64,000 nucleotides of DNA. It comes from Octopus vulgaris. Lineage: Eukaryota. Shown here piece after piece: positions 1 through 13,107 of this stretch. A program made the translations under genes and the position numbers. Within the stretch, counting starts at the first letter, position 1, and every line of letters starts with the position of its first letter. The notes under the pieces were generated by a model. It had not been told where the DNA came from. It made no database searches and saw nothing but the letters and a program-made list of their open reading frames with translations. The DNA lies in assembly GCA_951406725.2 (NCBI GenBank), contig OX597825.1, positions 17,112,001 to 17,176,000 on the forward strand. Direction: 5' to 3'.

Positions 1-13
1 GATAGATAGATAA

Positions 14-86
<73 letters not shown>

Positions 87-102
87 GAGATAGATAGATA
101 GA
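1..102. repeat. (GATA)n tetranucleotide microsatellite
   Basis: Near-perfect gata/gaga repeats from the window start. Confidence 0.97.
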
Positions 103-881
103 TTGCCTGTATGAGTCGCTTATTTGAAATTTTGTCAACAGAGAGCAGATATCAATTCTCCCTAATAATTCTGAGTAGTTTCCCCGAGATTGAAGCTAGT
201 GTGATACGACACCCTATTATACATTCGTGTATGTGTGAGTGTGCATTTATACGTCCTGCGTTAGGATCTTCATTAACCTGCTTGAATGTATTCCTGAGTT
301 TAATTTATACAACGGTTTTCAGAAAATACTTTCGAATGGGAAGGAAAGTTGTGTTTTCCGAACAGAGGGAACTGGTAAAAGAAGATTTGGTTCAAGAAGA
401 AGACATTCAAAATTTGAGTATCTTAGATGACATCATTAAAGTCTCGATATCAGAAGCTCTAGATATTTTATCTTCTAACCAGATCACGAATAGACTTTGA
501 TTTAATTAGCATCGTTACTGGCAGTTTCCACTATTACGGAATTTGACCGTTAAAACACATAATTATTCCTATCATTTCAGCCACTGGATCTGTAGGGTCA
601 TGTGTTCCGTAGCAGTAGTTGCAGTTCCAATAATTAGACATAAGTACAGGGATACAAACTGATGAAAAGATAAGCAGAGGTTTGATAAAATTCGACGAAT
701 TTGAGTTGTGGGTAGTTATTTTCTTTCGAAAGAATTTGTATTACTTTCGATAACAGAAATCTTTTCTCAGATGATATCATCAATAATTCATGTATTCTAC
801 AAAAAGCTGTCTCTTAAAATTATGTTATATAATGGATAGAACTGTAAATAGATTTGACTGAAACTCCATTTGCGTTGGTGT

Positions 882-912
<31 letters not shown>

Positions 913-1029
913 GTATGTATTACATTATATATACAGAGAGAGAGAGAAATATATATATACATACATATATAGGCTTACCTATATGCATACATAAGTAAGA
1001 TTACCTATCCATATACATGCCACAGACAC

Positions 1030-1055
1030 ATGTATATATACATATACATACATAT

Positions 1056-1122
<67 letters not shown>

Positions 1123-1585
1123 CATGTGTGTATATATATGAACGTATCTATATATATTTGTGTATACGTATGTAAATATATACTTGTATGTACGTACTTA
1201 TGTCTGTGTCTGTGTGTGTGTGTGTGTCTAGATATGTATGTGTGCACGAAATTATGTTTGCATTTATTTATGTAATTATGCATGAATTTATGGATGGATG
1301 GATGATGATTGAATATATGAATGGCAGGTGAAAAATATCTACATATATTGAAAACACCGCTATTACTATTAGTCATTCTTCTTCTTCTTCTTCTTCTTCT
1401 TCTTCTTCTTCTTCTTCTTCTTCTTCTTCTTCTTCTTCTTCTTCTTCTTCTTCTTCTTCTTCTTCTTCCTCCTCCTCCTCCTCCTACTCTTTCTTCTATT
1501 TCTTCGCCTTCATTATTATTAATATTATTATCATCATCATCATCATCATCATCATTATTATTATTTTTATTATTATTATTATTAC

Positions 1586-1625
<40 letters not shown>

Positions 1626-1865
1626 ATTGATGTTGTTATTATTATTATTATAATTAGTTATTATCATTATTATTATTATCATTTGTTGTTGTTGTAGTAG
1701 TAGTAGTAGTAGTAGTAGTGTTAGTAGTATTATCATTATTATTATTATTATTATCATTATTATTATTGTTGTTGTTTTTGTTATTATTATTATTATTTAT
1801 TATTTTTATTTTATTATTATTATTATTATTATCATTATTATTATTATTATTATTGTTGTTGTTAA
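1030..1865. repeat. Compound microsatellite block (TA)n/(TG)n, (CTT)n, (CCT)n, (TTA)n, (TAG)n
   Basis: Directly visible; explains the low-complexity ORFs 1005-1757, 1030-1275 and 1321-1626. Confidence 0.95.
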
Positions 1866-1899
1866 TAAGCTATCATTAATAAACTATCATATGCAACTT

Positions 1900-2340
1900 T
1901 ACTTAGCAGGTATATTGTCATGATGTTTATTCACAATATATTTTGGCATATGTCAAGAATCTAACATGGAACTTTCCAACAACACATCAGTGCGTGTCTA
2001 AATTCCAATATTCGTTAGCCTCTCAGATGGTAGTCTGGATGTTGTCCCAATCTCAGCACTTATTACAAGAACTATTGGCTAGATCCTAACATATCGCAAT
2101 TTCCTCAATGTTTGTTTTATCCACTCTATTATGATACTGTATTTCTCATCTTTACAATTCTATCTAGCCTACTTGCTTTAAAAAATGTTCAAGTCTTTAT
2201 AGAGGCGCCCCATAAAATCCCGTAAAAACTACTTAAAACTAGAGCATTTAGATTGAGCTCATGCCACGTATCTGCTATTTGGAATCCGCACATTCGGCGA
2301 CCACTTCAACGCATTATATTTTCCCTCAAATTTTCTATAC
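1900..2340 (-). mobile_element. Highly decayed 3' end of an R4/Dong-like non-LTR retrotransposon
   Basis: Minus strand reads PIVLVISAEIGTTSRLPSERLTNIGI*TR, resembling the PIVIGALGT...L..IGI C-terminus of this clade; the 3' end lies next to the (TAA)n array. Confidence 0.45.
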
Positions 2341-2445
2341 TCCACTGATACAATTTTCATGTTAGCTTACTGCATTCACTTAATTGATGCTTAATATTTC
2401 CGTTTTCTTTCTCACAAAGGTTTATATACACATAATACACACACG

Positions 2446-2486
<41 letters not shown>

Positions 2487-2566
2487 ACACACACACACAC
2501 AGGTAATAATGTTCCTCTGTCCTTGCTCTTAGTTAAGTTTTGAAGAGTGCATTTCGGTTTTAACAG

Positions 2567-2616
<50 letters not shown>

Positions 2617-2777
2617 GTATATGAAAACGTGAGTTGTGCTGGAACAAATGTCTTCTGCGTTCATATCAGCTATCATGTAACATGAATATGCAACATTTTG
2701 ACATAATTTATTGTATATCAATTACATATAAATATGGCGCCACACAAATCTTTGTATTGCATATAATGTCGTGAACG

Positions 2778-2860
<83 letters not shown>

Positions 2861-3321
2861 ATCTATCTATCTGTATATATATTTACAGACATGTATAGGA
2901 TAGTATATAATACTATTATGACATATAATGACGTTATGTTGTTCTTGAAACTTGAGAAAGCAGCATGTTCTCCTTTAACTACCGAAAAATTATTAATACG
3001 ACAATTTAGAATGTCAAATATTTCTAGATCTCAATTGTTTTGACATTATATTTTTATACATACATGCATACATAAGTGAACACAGGTCAACATATTCATA
3101 ATCAAAGCTGCAGAAATAGCGAATCTCGAATGCGTTAAAAGGTAGCGTAATGCATTGGTAGAGTGACAAATCTAGAAATCAGGTAGACCAAGACAGTCGG
3201 AAGGACAAGGATAGTCCGTGTGAAATAGCGAATATAGAAACAAGGATAAAAGAGAAAATATAAACGAACGTGATGGCGTGCAAAAAAATTATATTAATTT
3301 ACGCTCGGTGAAAGGACAGAA

Positions 3322-3357
3322 ATTCTAACGTTTCGAGCATGGCTCTTCGTTGGAAAG
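3322..3357 (-). ncRNA. Degenerate minimal hammerhead motif in a Penelope-like pLTR remnant (~3065-3450)
   Basis: Minus: ctttCCAACGA a GAGC-cat-GCTC GAAA CG TT agaa; stem II and GAAA intact, core has two changes from CTGACGA. Confidence 0.35.
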
Positions 3358-3465
3358 GAGAAAGCGAAACGTCTCTCTTTTATTCTTTGTTTCTTTTTCT
3401 TTTTCTCACTTTTGGATTTTTTTTATTCGTTTTCTGAATTGTTCGCTCGTTTAAGTTGTGTATAT

Positions 3466-3636
3466 ATGGCTGCGTGGTAAGTAGCTTGCTTACCATCCAC
3501 ATAAATACGGGTTCGGTCCCACTGCGTGACACCTTGGTTAAAAGGTGTCATCTTCTATATATTCGAGCTGACAAGATCCTTGCGAGTGGATTTGGTAGAC
3601 GGAAACTAAATGAAGCCCGTCGTATATATATATATG

Positions 3637-3668
<32 letters not shown>

Positions 3669-3876
3669 GTGTGTGTGTCTGTGTCGCCCAAACATCGCTT
3701 GACAATGTATGCTGGCATGTTTACGACCCCGTGACTTATCAGTTCGGCTAAAGAGACCGATAGATTAAAAACTAGGCTTACAAAGAATAAGTCCTGGCGC
3801 CGATTTGCTCAACTAAAGGCGATGGTCCGGCATGGCCGCAGTCAAATGACTGAAACAAGTAAAACAATGAAAGAAC
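3466..3876 (+). mobile_element. tRNA-derived SINE family A (internal TA/TG microsatellite)
   Basis: Pol III A-box-like TGGCTGCGTGG and B-box-like GGTTCGGTCCC; body gagtggatttggtagacggaaact and tail cagcatggccgcagtcaaatgactgaaacaagt shared with several other copies in the window. Confidence 0.88.
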
Positions 3877-3889
3877 TTATATATATATA

Positions 3890-4081
3890 GTAAAGTCTAT
3901 TTGCCAACACAAAGTGGCAGTCCAGCTTAGGACGGTATTACTAGTATTTAGCCCCAGGAAAACATATATATATATATATATATGCTGACAGCTATATATA
4001 TATACATATCTGGGGCTAAATACTAGTAAAACCGTCCTATGTTGTACTGCCACTTTGTGTTGGCAAATAGTATTTACCCCA

Positions 4082-4083
<2 letters not shown>
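3890..4083. mobile_element. Two inverted copies of a ~75 bp mini-MITE-like element in (TA)n
   Basis: 3897-3957 is the near-perfect reverse complement of 4010-4070; the right unit has its own TIRs ctggggctaaatacta / tagtatttaccccagg. Confidence 0.7.
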
Positions 4084-4158
<75 letters not shown>

Positions 4159-4504
4159 CTGTGTGTATTTATGTATGTATGCATATGTGTGCATTTATAC
4201 ATCTGTGAATTGTCTGGTGCGAATTATGCTATGGTTAGATATTTCAATGTATTACACAATATTTCAAGATTATTATAGTTCTACATTGCTCTACTTTGTT
4301 TAAATATACGCTAACCTATATTTTATTGTAAAATATATTACATGTGACGCAAACGCATTTTTACGGTAATTTTTTAAGCTGCAGTTTTCATCTAATGCAT
4401 TTTAAACGCAAGAAAATATATATCTTTCGATCAATTCGCTGCCGCATGACAATTTTTTCGTAACTTTTTCTACACAAAATATTATAATTGTATTATACAC
4501 ACAA

Positions 4505-4662
4505 TCGTACATACATACATACCTACATTTATATGTATATATATATATACAAATATATATATATATATATACATATATACACACACATATATATATACAT
4601 ATATACATATATACGCATATATATATATACATATATACACACATATATATACTTATATACAG

Positions 4663-4715
<53 letters not shown>

Positions 4716-4724
4716 TACACACAT

Positions 4725-4777
<53 letters not shown>

Positions 4778-4820
4778 TACATACATACATGCATATATGT
4801 GTGTGTATGTATACATACAT
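4505..4820. repeat. (TA)n/(CA)n compound microsatellite
   Basis: Directly visible. Confidence 0.95.
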
Positions 4821-5274
4821 ACTCCCGCTAATTTCGAACAGTGAGAATAAGTGCTCAAGCACGTCATTGGTGGATAAATATCCTTTATTTATGCAATTCA
4901 TGCTTGTGTGACAACATGGGTGTCAACATTTTAAGAATTTTCTCTTTCTGCTCTTACCACCAAATGAAATCATTAAATGCATGTTGGTAGTTCTGTGTTT
5001 AATGCTTTGATCTATAAGATAAATTCTAGTTAGTATTGTCTTACTTTTATTTTGAAATATATTTTAATATATTTTAAATAGATTTTGTTGTCTTAAAACG
5101 TACAACGCACTTCATGTGAAAGTTCTAAGTGTCTGGTCTAATTACATATTATGACATGTTCAGATGAATTTATCCTAAAACATTCATATGTTCGATGGTG
5201 CCTTCAAGTAATGATATCTGAGGAAGCTGAAGGACTATAGGATTTTTACATATTTCCATATCAAAAAAGGTAAG

Positions 5275-5608
5275 GATCGCTTTCGGTCATGAATGGCCAG
5301 GGGATGGGGCTTAGTAGGTTTTCCCCTGTGGTATAAATATAGGAAAGTTTGCTTATGTAATACCAGCGGTCGACCATGCATACCAAACTTCCCTGTCCAC
5401 GTCACAGATATTATCAAAGGAAAAGGCAATGGCTGAGACAGCTTGGCATTAGTGACGTTGCAACTCATTTCGACAGCTGAATGGACTGCAGTAACGTGAA
5501 ATAAAGTATCTTGATCAAGAACACAACGCACAGGCCTGTCGGGGAATCGAACTCACTACCTCATGATTGTGAGTCCGACGCTCTAACCACTGAACCAGGT
5601 AACTTCAT
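5275..5608 (-). mobile_element. tRNA-derived CORE-like SINE family D
   Basis: Minus: ggttcagtggttagagcgtcggactc...gagttcgattcccc head, then tgtgttcttgatcaagatactttatttcacg CORE-like body; homologous to 58601-58905. Confidence 0.75.
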
Positions 5609-5750
5609 ATATTATGATATGATTGCATGATATTGTGTAAATCGCATAACATTGTACAAGATATGAAATAAAATCTTTGTGATTATACAAATAACTGTAA
5701 TGTCAACTTGACTTCTTTCCTATTTTAAAGTACTCAGACACGAATACATG

Positions 5751-5841
<91 letters not shown>

Positions 5842-5879
5842 GACAATATGGAGAAAGTCGAGTGAAATTTCCATGGGGA

Positions 5880-5921
5880 ATGATCCAACGTTTCTTTCAG
5901 AGACTGTCTTTAGGGTATCAT
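5880..5921 (-). ncRNA. Degenerate minimal type I hammerhead motif
   Basis: Minus: ATGATaCC CTAAAGA CAG-tct-CTG aaa GAAA CG TT GGATCAT; stems I and II recognisable, core mutated. Confidence 0.4.
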
Positions 5922-6269
5922 TACAAGAGGGAAATAAAAGAAAATTCTGGTGTTTTATATTTTCTCTGCGTCAGGAGGTAGTCGCAAGTTATGAAAGAAA
6001 ACGTGAGCTTCATACGTTCATATAAAATTGCAGGAGAGAAAAATTTGGTGAGCGAGTTTGAAGCAAAAGATAAATGAAATACAGAGTAAAGAGCGAATAT
6101 GAGTGTGAGGTACAAGGAAAATTGAGTTAAGAGTAATGTTGAAGGCTGAGAAAGGGATTACTAAACTAAAACCAGGTACAGAAGGAAAAAAAACGTACTT
6201 CTAATTTAATCCGGTCGATGACATATACGATGTTCTAATATGTAGTGCTGAGTGTTCTGTGTCCTTGAC

Positions 6270-6445
6270 TACGAAGAGTTGCTGAAAATTCTTGGTTTTA
6301 AGTAAAAGAAAATACAGGAGGACAAGTTGGTTATGATTTTATTTAAAATATTCCCCTCTCAGTTTCACACACATATTGAAACGGTCCTTCTGTTTTTCTA
6401 AGCCCTGTAAAAGAAATCGGGAGTTTAGGCCTTCAACCAGGCCTC
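6270..6445 (-). mobile_element. Truncated mariner-derived MITE (same family as 28113-28331)
   Basis: TA then TIR cgaagagttgctgaaaattcttgg; internal sequence is the reverse complement of 28113-28331 and encodes a mariner-like C-terminus (LRGEYF). Confidence 0.65.
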
Positions 6446-6449
6446 TCAC

Positions 6450-6738
6450 ACTGGAAAAGCAATTGTCTCGGGACACAACAATTAACAACAAACACAATTC
6501 AACAACCCTTCACTAACCCGTCGAACGACGCACAAAGTTCACGACCAACTCGGTCGCGGATGATTGTAACAACGGTGAAAAATATATCAGTGTTATTGAT
6601 GCATTTAGGCAATTCTATGTCTGTATTATCAGACAATTGAAAAAAAAAAAACGTGTTTTAAAAAATTCAAAACTCTGCAAAAACCCGGTACAAATTCTTC
6701 ATGGTTCAAAGCATTGCTTACTTTTTGCTCAACCTAAT
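6450..6738 (-). mobile_element. Mariner-like terminal fragment
   Basis: Ends in gcattgcttactttttgctcaacctaa+TA, resembling a mariner TIR (TTAGGTTGGTGCAAAAGTAATTGC type). Confidence 0.45.
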
Positions 6739-6869
6739 ATATATTTACACACACACGCACACACACACTCACACACACATACACACACATACACACTCAC
6801 AGATACACACTAATATATATAATATATCTATCTCTGTCTGTCTGTCTTCTGTCTGTTTCTCTCTCTATA

Positions 6870-7070
6870 TATTTCTTTATTGCCCACAATGGGTTAAACA
6901 CAGAGGGAACAAACAAGGACAGACAAAGGGATTAAGTCGATTACATCGACCCCAGTGCGTAACTGCTACTATATATATCGACCCCGAAATGATTAAAGGC
7001 AAAGTGACGGCAGACGAAATACCGCTAAGCATTTCGCCCGGCGCGCTAACGTTTCTGCCAGTTCACCGCC
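6870..7070 (-). mobile_element. SINE family B (Meta/MESC-like central domain), internally deleted
   Basis: Reverse complement of ggcggtgaactggcagaaacgttagc...ctttgcctttaatcatttcggggtcgat...ctggggtcgatgtaatcgacttaa. Confidence 0.85.
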
Positions 7071-8041
7071 ATTCTGTCTCTCTATATATACATGTACGTA
7101 TTATATATGTACATATTATGTATTCATCAAAGAAAGACCTTATGGTGCCATTATTGTCACAATAGGTCTCTATCACACAGACCCATCCCGCGGATTTTAT
7201 TCCTTTTCGTCTCATTGCACGCTGTGTAGCCCTGACTACTCACCCTTCGTTTATATATGTTTATATATGACTACTTATTATATAATAGCTAATTATTTAG
7301 CAACAATTACCTAAAACATGCCCGAATACTTACGTAAAGAGAATAATGTATGCTATATGTAAAGCAATTGTTGCTTTCAAATTTTAACATCAGCTACTCT
7401 AAATGCTAACGTACGCACCTAAGCACACACACACCCATAATCACATACATGCATATATGCAGCATATATGTGTATCTATGTATGTATTTTATCAAGATGT
7501 ATATATCGTAGTAATGTGTATGCAAGTATGTTAGCAACGTGTATGTACGTGTTTTTTTCAGATATTCAGTTTAATACAATTATCTTCCCATTTATATTTT
7601 CTAATCTATTTACCTATGTTCATTTCCGATCTTTCTTCCCCTGATTTTTTTCCTCGCAAATTGTTTTTTTTTCGTTTAGTTTTATTTTTTACATTATGCT
7701 ACATTCTGCGTCGTCTTCATTTCATTTTACTCTTTTTTTTCTCCCCGTTTTATAACTTCTCCGCATTCGCCTGTTCTTCCTATGTGTTTCTTTCTATGCG
7801 CAAAAAAGAAAATGACGAGGAAATAAAGAAATTCCCCACGTTAAGCATCCATCAATTTCACCTACAGGGAACAGAGAAGAAGAAGGAAAGAAAAACATGC
7901 CTTTGATGGATTTTAATTCAAACTAACGACTTTTGTTGCGGTACTAATTTTATATAGCTTCAGAAATGCGCTACTGGTAATTTATCAAGTCTGCTATACA
8001 CGGTCAATAACCTTCTTAATACAGCTACATATTTCATTAAC

Positions 8042-8066
8042 ATACTACTACTGCTGCTGATGTTAT

Positions 8067-8130
<64 letters not shown>

Positions 8131-8155
8131 GCTACTACTACTGCTGCTGCTGCTG
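8042..8155. repeat. (CTA)n/(CTG)n microsatellite
   Basis: Directly visible. Confidence 0.9.
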
Positions 8156-8413
8156 AGCGAAGCGGTCTTCGTCCCATTACTGGGAGAAGTCCGAAACGTG
8201 GTCCCTTGCTATTCGTAAGACCCGCGGAAGAGAGAGCAGGTCAACCCCCCGACACCGAGAGCATCGACGGATGGATGAATGCGCATCCAGATTCAGCGGC
8301 TGCGTAGGAAGTCGGGGACTAGAAAAAGGAAGAAAGAGTGAGAGAAAGTTGGGGCGAAAGAGTACAACAGGGATCTCCACCACCCCTGCCGTAGCCTCGT
8401 GGAGCTTTAGGTG
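8156..8413 (-). mobile_element. SINE family C body with tail type 1 (5'-truncated)
   Basis: Body cacctaaagctccacgaggct...ccctgttgtactctttcgccccaactttctctcactc shared with 29657-29951 and 53375-53689. Confidence 0.8.
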
Positions 8414-8539
8414 ATTGCTGCTGTCCTGGGGATAGCTGATGTCAAGCGCAGTATTTCACTGGTACTTTATAAATAATAATAATAACAATGATTTCAAATT
8501 GTGACTTAAGGTCAACATTGTTTCTTTTGCGGTGCAGGG

Positions 8540-8900
8540 TTAAGTTGATTGTTGGACCTCGCTGCTGAATTGGTAATTATTTTAACGACTCCGAAAAGAC
8601 GAAAGGCAAAGTCGACCCTCGGCGGAATTTGAACCTCAGAACGTAAAGACGGACGAAACACCGCTAAGCTTATTCTCCAGCTTGCTAACGATTCTCCCAT
8701 GTCGCCTCTCCTAATTCGGTGAGCTGGCAGAATCGCTTGCATTTCGAACAAAACGCTTAGGGGCTTCTCTTTAGTATCATTACGCTCTGAATTCGAATTC
8801 CGCTGGCGTCACTTTACTTTACATCACACTAGAACATACTACCCGTCAAGTACTTAGGTCGATGCGATGAAATTTCTAGTCTTCTACTAAAAAGTGGAAA
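8540..8900. mobile_element. Two older SINE family B copies, head-to-head
   Basis: Minus copy ~8540-8712 and plus copy from ggtgagctggcagaatcg at ~8718. Confidence 0.7.
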
Positions 8901-9228
8901 CGTCTATTAGTGTTTAAATCGTTAATGCGGTTGCTATGTTGTGACCATTTTTTTTTCGGTTGTGGACGCAATATGTTTTGTTTCATTTTACTACCAAAAT
9001 ATTCTGCAGAATCTAAACAGGTATCTCGTTTCCCAGTCCTGAATTAAAGGTTCTTGTTTCAATGTAAATGCCAAGTACCTGGAACATGTTCATATTTTCG
9101 AACTAGATCTGTTTGTATTGTTATTCGCAGCTCAGAATAGCTTCAGATTTGGAAGGATGATGCATCTACCACATTATAGTAAAACAGACGTCGAATAACA
9201 TGAACAACAAAAATAAGAGCAACAGAAT

Positions 9229-9262
9229 GCTACTGCTGCTGCTACTCCTCCTCCTCCTCCTC

Positions 9263-9299
<37 letters not shown>

Positions 9300-9327
9300 A
9301 ACTACTACAACTACTACTACAACAACA

Positions 9328-9385
<58 letters not shown>

Positions 9386-9387
9386 TC

Positions 9388-9427
<40 letters not shown>

Positions 9428-9439
9428 TCAATAATAATA

Positions 9440-9478
<39 letters not shown>

Positions 9479-9490
9479 TCAATAATAATA

Positions 9491-9569
<79 letters not shown>

Positions 9570-9603
9570 TAATAATAATAATAATAACAACAATAATAAT
9601 AAT
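9229..9603. repeat. (CTA)n/(CAA)n/(TAA)n long trinucleotide array
   Basis: Directly visible; about 270 bp is (AAT)n. Confidence 0.97.
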
Positions 9604-9609
9604 GACGTA

Positions 9610-10480
9610 AACGAACTTCTCTCCGCCAATTATATTTTAAAACAAATAATTTATTATGGTGACATTTAGCAGACAGAGCTTCAGGCACAAACAATAGATT
9701 TACACAATGGAAAACACAAACGTGTACACTGTTCAAAACAGTATGTTCAAAGAAACAAGGAAATGAGACACTATGTGGGGTATATATATATGGAGAAATC
9801 ATTGCCTTCTTGCTTGAAGAATTTCTCCAGTAAACAATGAGGTGACTACTGCCGTACGAATGTATCATGAATGACAGAATGAGTTTCCATGTATCCTAGA
9901 AAAATTGTGGATGGAGAGGGGTCTGAGCGAACGGTAGGAAATGGATGCATGTCCGACCAATAAAGGACGTATGCAACAGTTTATATGGGGTTTCATACCA
10001 AAATAGGTAAGGAAGAGAGGCAGAGAAGATGATCTACGTACCTGGCAAGAGGCTGGTTAGAGAGTTTGTAAGAAAAAGGAATATAAACTTCTTAGCAAGA
10101 GGTTATGATACTGACGTTGAATACCTGAACTCTCACCTGCTTTGCTGTTCAGATCAGGATGTTTTGCTTCGATATGTGTTCTGGTGGAGTCTGTATTTAT
10201 CTCCATGTTCTGAAAAACAACGGAAACTACAGAGCCTACTCGAAAATCTATCATATCGACTGTAACAAGATCTGATAGGTGTTGAAGGGCGAGATTGTCT
10301 ATTATTAAGGCGGACTGAAGTGAGAAAGGAAGAAGAAAGCAAAAACAGATGGGAATATAGTAGCGCAAACAGTCACGAGAAGATATCTACGCTGTGAAAA
10401 CGATCGTTTACTTCCGAACTATAAAACGCTGTTCCCTGAAAGTTCAAGACGTTGATGCTCAATGAACTTTATCCTGTTGT
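9610..10480 (+). mobile_element. Old decayed R4/Dong-like retrotransposon fragment (RT C-terminus to endonuclease)
   Basis: Ordered motif remnants on plus: QYVQRNKE (LYVPRKEG), KWMH (K.MHG), REAEKMIY (RETEG.I.AAQ), RYVFWWSL (RY.HW.L), LLEN, QDLIGV..RDCLL (PD+..CL+ID), KEEE. Starts directly after the plus-strand (TAA)n array. Confidence 0.5.
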
Positions 10481-10740
10481 TGTCGTTGATTACATCCATA
10501 CCAAGACGAATACAGAAAAACAAAAGTTAAAATAGACTACATAGAAGTGACTAACTCATGAATTTTCTAAGTACAAGGCATCTAGTGTTAGGGTATCACG
10601 ATATTTGAATGCACGAGTGAGCTTATTGTTTCGTTTTCAGTGTTATGTAACCAGCAAGTATTTTAGTTTCCTGGATATATGCAGAGTTTGTTTATTGAAC
10701 TTAAACAGACTACTTTTTATCATCTTTGCTTGTCGAATAG

Positions 10741-11420
10741 CAGGGTGTGCCAAGAAAAAAAAATGAAACCCAGAATTTTGCAATATTTTATTCACTTAAT
10801 TTGACATGTTTACACGTTTATCGCTTTGAAAGTATTCTCCATTTGAAGCAAGACATCTGTCTTGACGCGTTTTTCACTGTTCGAAGCAGTCCTAGAACTG
10901 TTGCTAAGTGATGCCTTTTACCGCCTCCGTCGTTGTTTTCTTCACCACTTCCACATATGCAAAGCGCTTTCATTTCAGGACTTTTTTTCATTCGGGGTAA
11001 CAAAAGATTGACCCAAGGAGCAAGATGGGGCGAATAGGAAGGATGGGTAAGGGGGATCAAGTGAGGCTGGTTTTCAAGTGAAAAGTGACCATCCCTAAAG
11101 CGTAAAAAAACACTCGTAAACTAGTGTTTTGATGATGGCAGTGTCCTTGTAAGTTGTTCGACACACCAGAACTTTTTCCGCAGCTATTTTCCTTAGCAGA
11201 AAACAGAGTTTCACGGAAGCACGCCGCTCTTTCGTTTCAGCCATCGCAGACATCGAGGAACAAGAGAGAAATACTGCAAGACAAAGGCACACCACGTGGT
11301 CATCGATGGTGCGTAGGCTGATACCGAGGGTTGCATCAAATGGCTGCTAGCAACGAAAGTCTGAACTACAACGGGCTTGTCCTACAGAGAACATTTCCGG
11401 TTACTTTTGGGTTAAGTTGA
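10741..11420 (-). mobile_element. Internally deleted mariner (DD34D) transposon
   Basis: N-terminal MAETKERRASVKLCFLLRK...VYE joined to C-terminal HPSYSPHLAP (HPPYSPDLAP) ...SNGEYF; degenerate TIRs at both ends. Confidence 0.85.
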
Positions 11421-11489
11421 TTTTTTATATGCACACAAATACACATAATCGCCTGCGCACACACTCACGCATACACACACACATATGGC

Positions 11490-11860
11490 CTTCCAGCGTC
11501 AACTCTCTCCAGCAAGTGTTTCACCACTGTCTCCAGCAGCTTTGTTTTATACCTGTCTGTTTTGGGAGTAAGTGTCTGTTCCCCTGCCATGTTTTACAAC
11601 CTTTACAGCATTCATACAGTTCTAAGCAACTGTCATGATGTCGGCATTTTGAATCATGGCATGAACCATCAGCGCATCGGTAACTCTTTTCCAATATTGG
11701 TATAGCTTCCAGTCCACGACATCAATTGCTTTTCCACAACTACAACTATAATATTTATGCACAAACACCGTTGACTGATCGCTAATGCACCAAGCTGCTT
11801 TCTGACGAAGAGAATTAAATATCTTCAAAATAGCCCTAACCAACTGTACATATATTTGTC
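11490..11860 (-). mobile_element. Decayed RTE-like LINE reverse transcriptase fragment
   Basis: Minus remnants SLRQ, KAIDVVDWKL (KAFD.VD..L) and TGIKQSC (TGVRQGC) in the correct order. Confidence 0.55.
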
Positions 11861-11889
11861 TGTGTGCTGCTTTGCCTCTTCGTTTGTAA

Positions 11890-12070
11890 CCGCACCACGC
11901 TCCTTAACAATCAATGTTTCGTTGTTTACGTGCCTAGCAACTTAGTAGCTCACCCGATAGAATACTACCAGACTTAAAACACATAACTCTAATCTAGTCG
12001 ATTTGTTCCACGAAGTCTCTTCAAGACGGTGACCTAGCATGACCGCAGTCCGATCACTAAAGAAAAACTC
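11890..12070 (+). mobile_element. Old SINE family A 3' half
   Basis: Diverged tgtttacgt...ccgatagaat...gtcgatttgttc...agcatgaccgcagtc. Confidence 0.6.
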
Positions 12071-13031
12071 GAAAGATTCAACGTAGCAGGTAAGAGATAG
12101 TTATTATTGTTATCGCACGATTCACAGCAAAATGCCATTGTCAATAGAAGCGATAAATAGGGGGCGAATGAAAGAAACGCTAGATTGCTGCCTACAATAC
12201 AATGCGGTAAATACTTTCCTTTGATTCCTATCTTCAAATCCTTATAATCTTTCCTGGAATTCACCATATACTTTCAGAGTCAAGGCCTACCTTGATTTAA
12301 TCCCCCCAAATCCCTCTTACAAGCTTTCTAGCTTTGTGACCATCTAAGAAGCCATTTTGAATTATACTGTATACTGTTCGTAGTAGCATTAGTAGTAACA
12401 GAGGCAGCTATTATCAAAATAGTAGTAGCAATAATATTAGTAGTAATAGTAGTAGTAGTGGTGTTGGTGTTGGTGGTAGTAGTGTTGTTTGTTTGATAAG
12501 AATTACTACCAACAAATTACATTAAAGACGGCGAGTAGCATCGAATAGAGTAGCAGGTGAGGCATTTGAAGTCTACAAAGCCTGCTATTAGGATTAAACA
12601 GACATGGATGGCTACAATGCTAACTTGATGGGAAGAATGGCGCTCCAAACTAGACACATATCTTAGCATATTTGTACACATACATATAAATATACATATA
12701 GATATTTGTGTATGCATGAAGTATACCTCCTATACACAGCTCATGCTTGCACACATGCCTTTTGATGAAAAATATCCAATTACTTAATGCAATGTGACTT
12801 AATCTATAATGTGACGGAGTCAAATGTCAGGAGAGTAAGAAGCACTATTGTTTTCGTTTTGAAACCGATGTATTTTTATTTCGCTGCTGCCTTTCCTCAA
12901 TAGGTAAATCAGTACAGAAGCGGAATTGCTATTCCGAAAATTAGAATCACACAAAGAGACAATCAAATACATAGGCATGCGTATACGTTTACACTCAAGC
13001 TACGATAATAAAAGGAGTGTGTGTGTGTGGT

Positions 13032-13107
<76 letters not shown>

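Noticed and set aside
111-870. 129 aa ORF as a host gene or LINE RT
   Set aside because: No recognisable domain; only faint LINE-like traces, too weak to call.
1005-1757. Low-complexity ORFs here and throughout (poly-YI, poly-L, poly-N and similar)
   Set aside because: Translations of microsatellites that lack stop codons in some frames.
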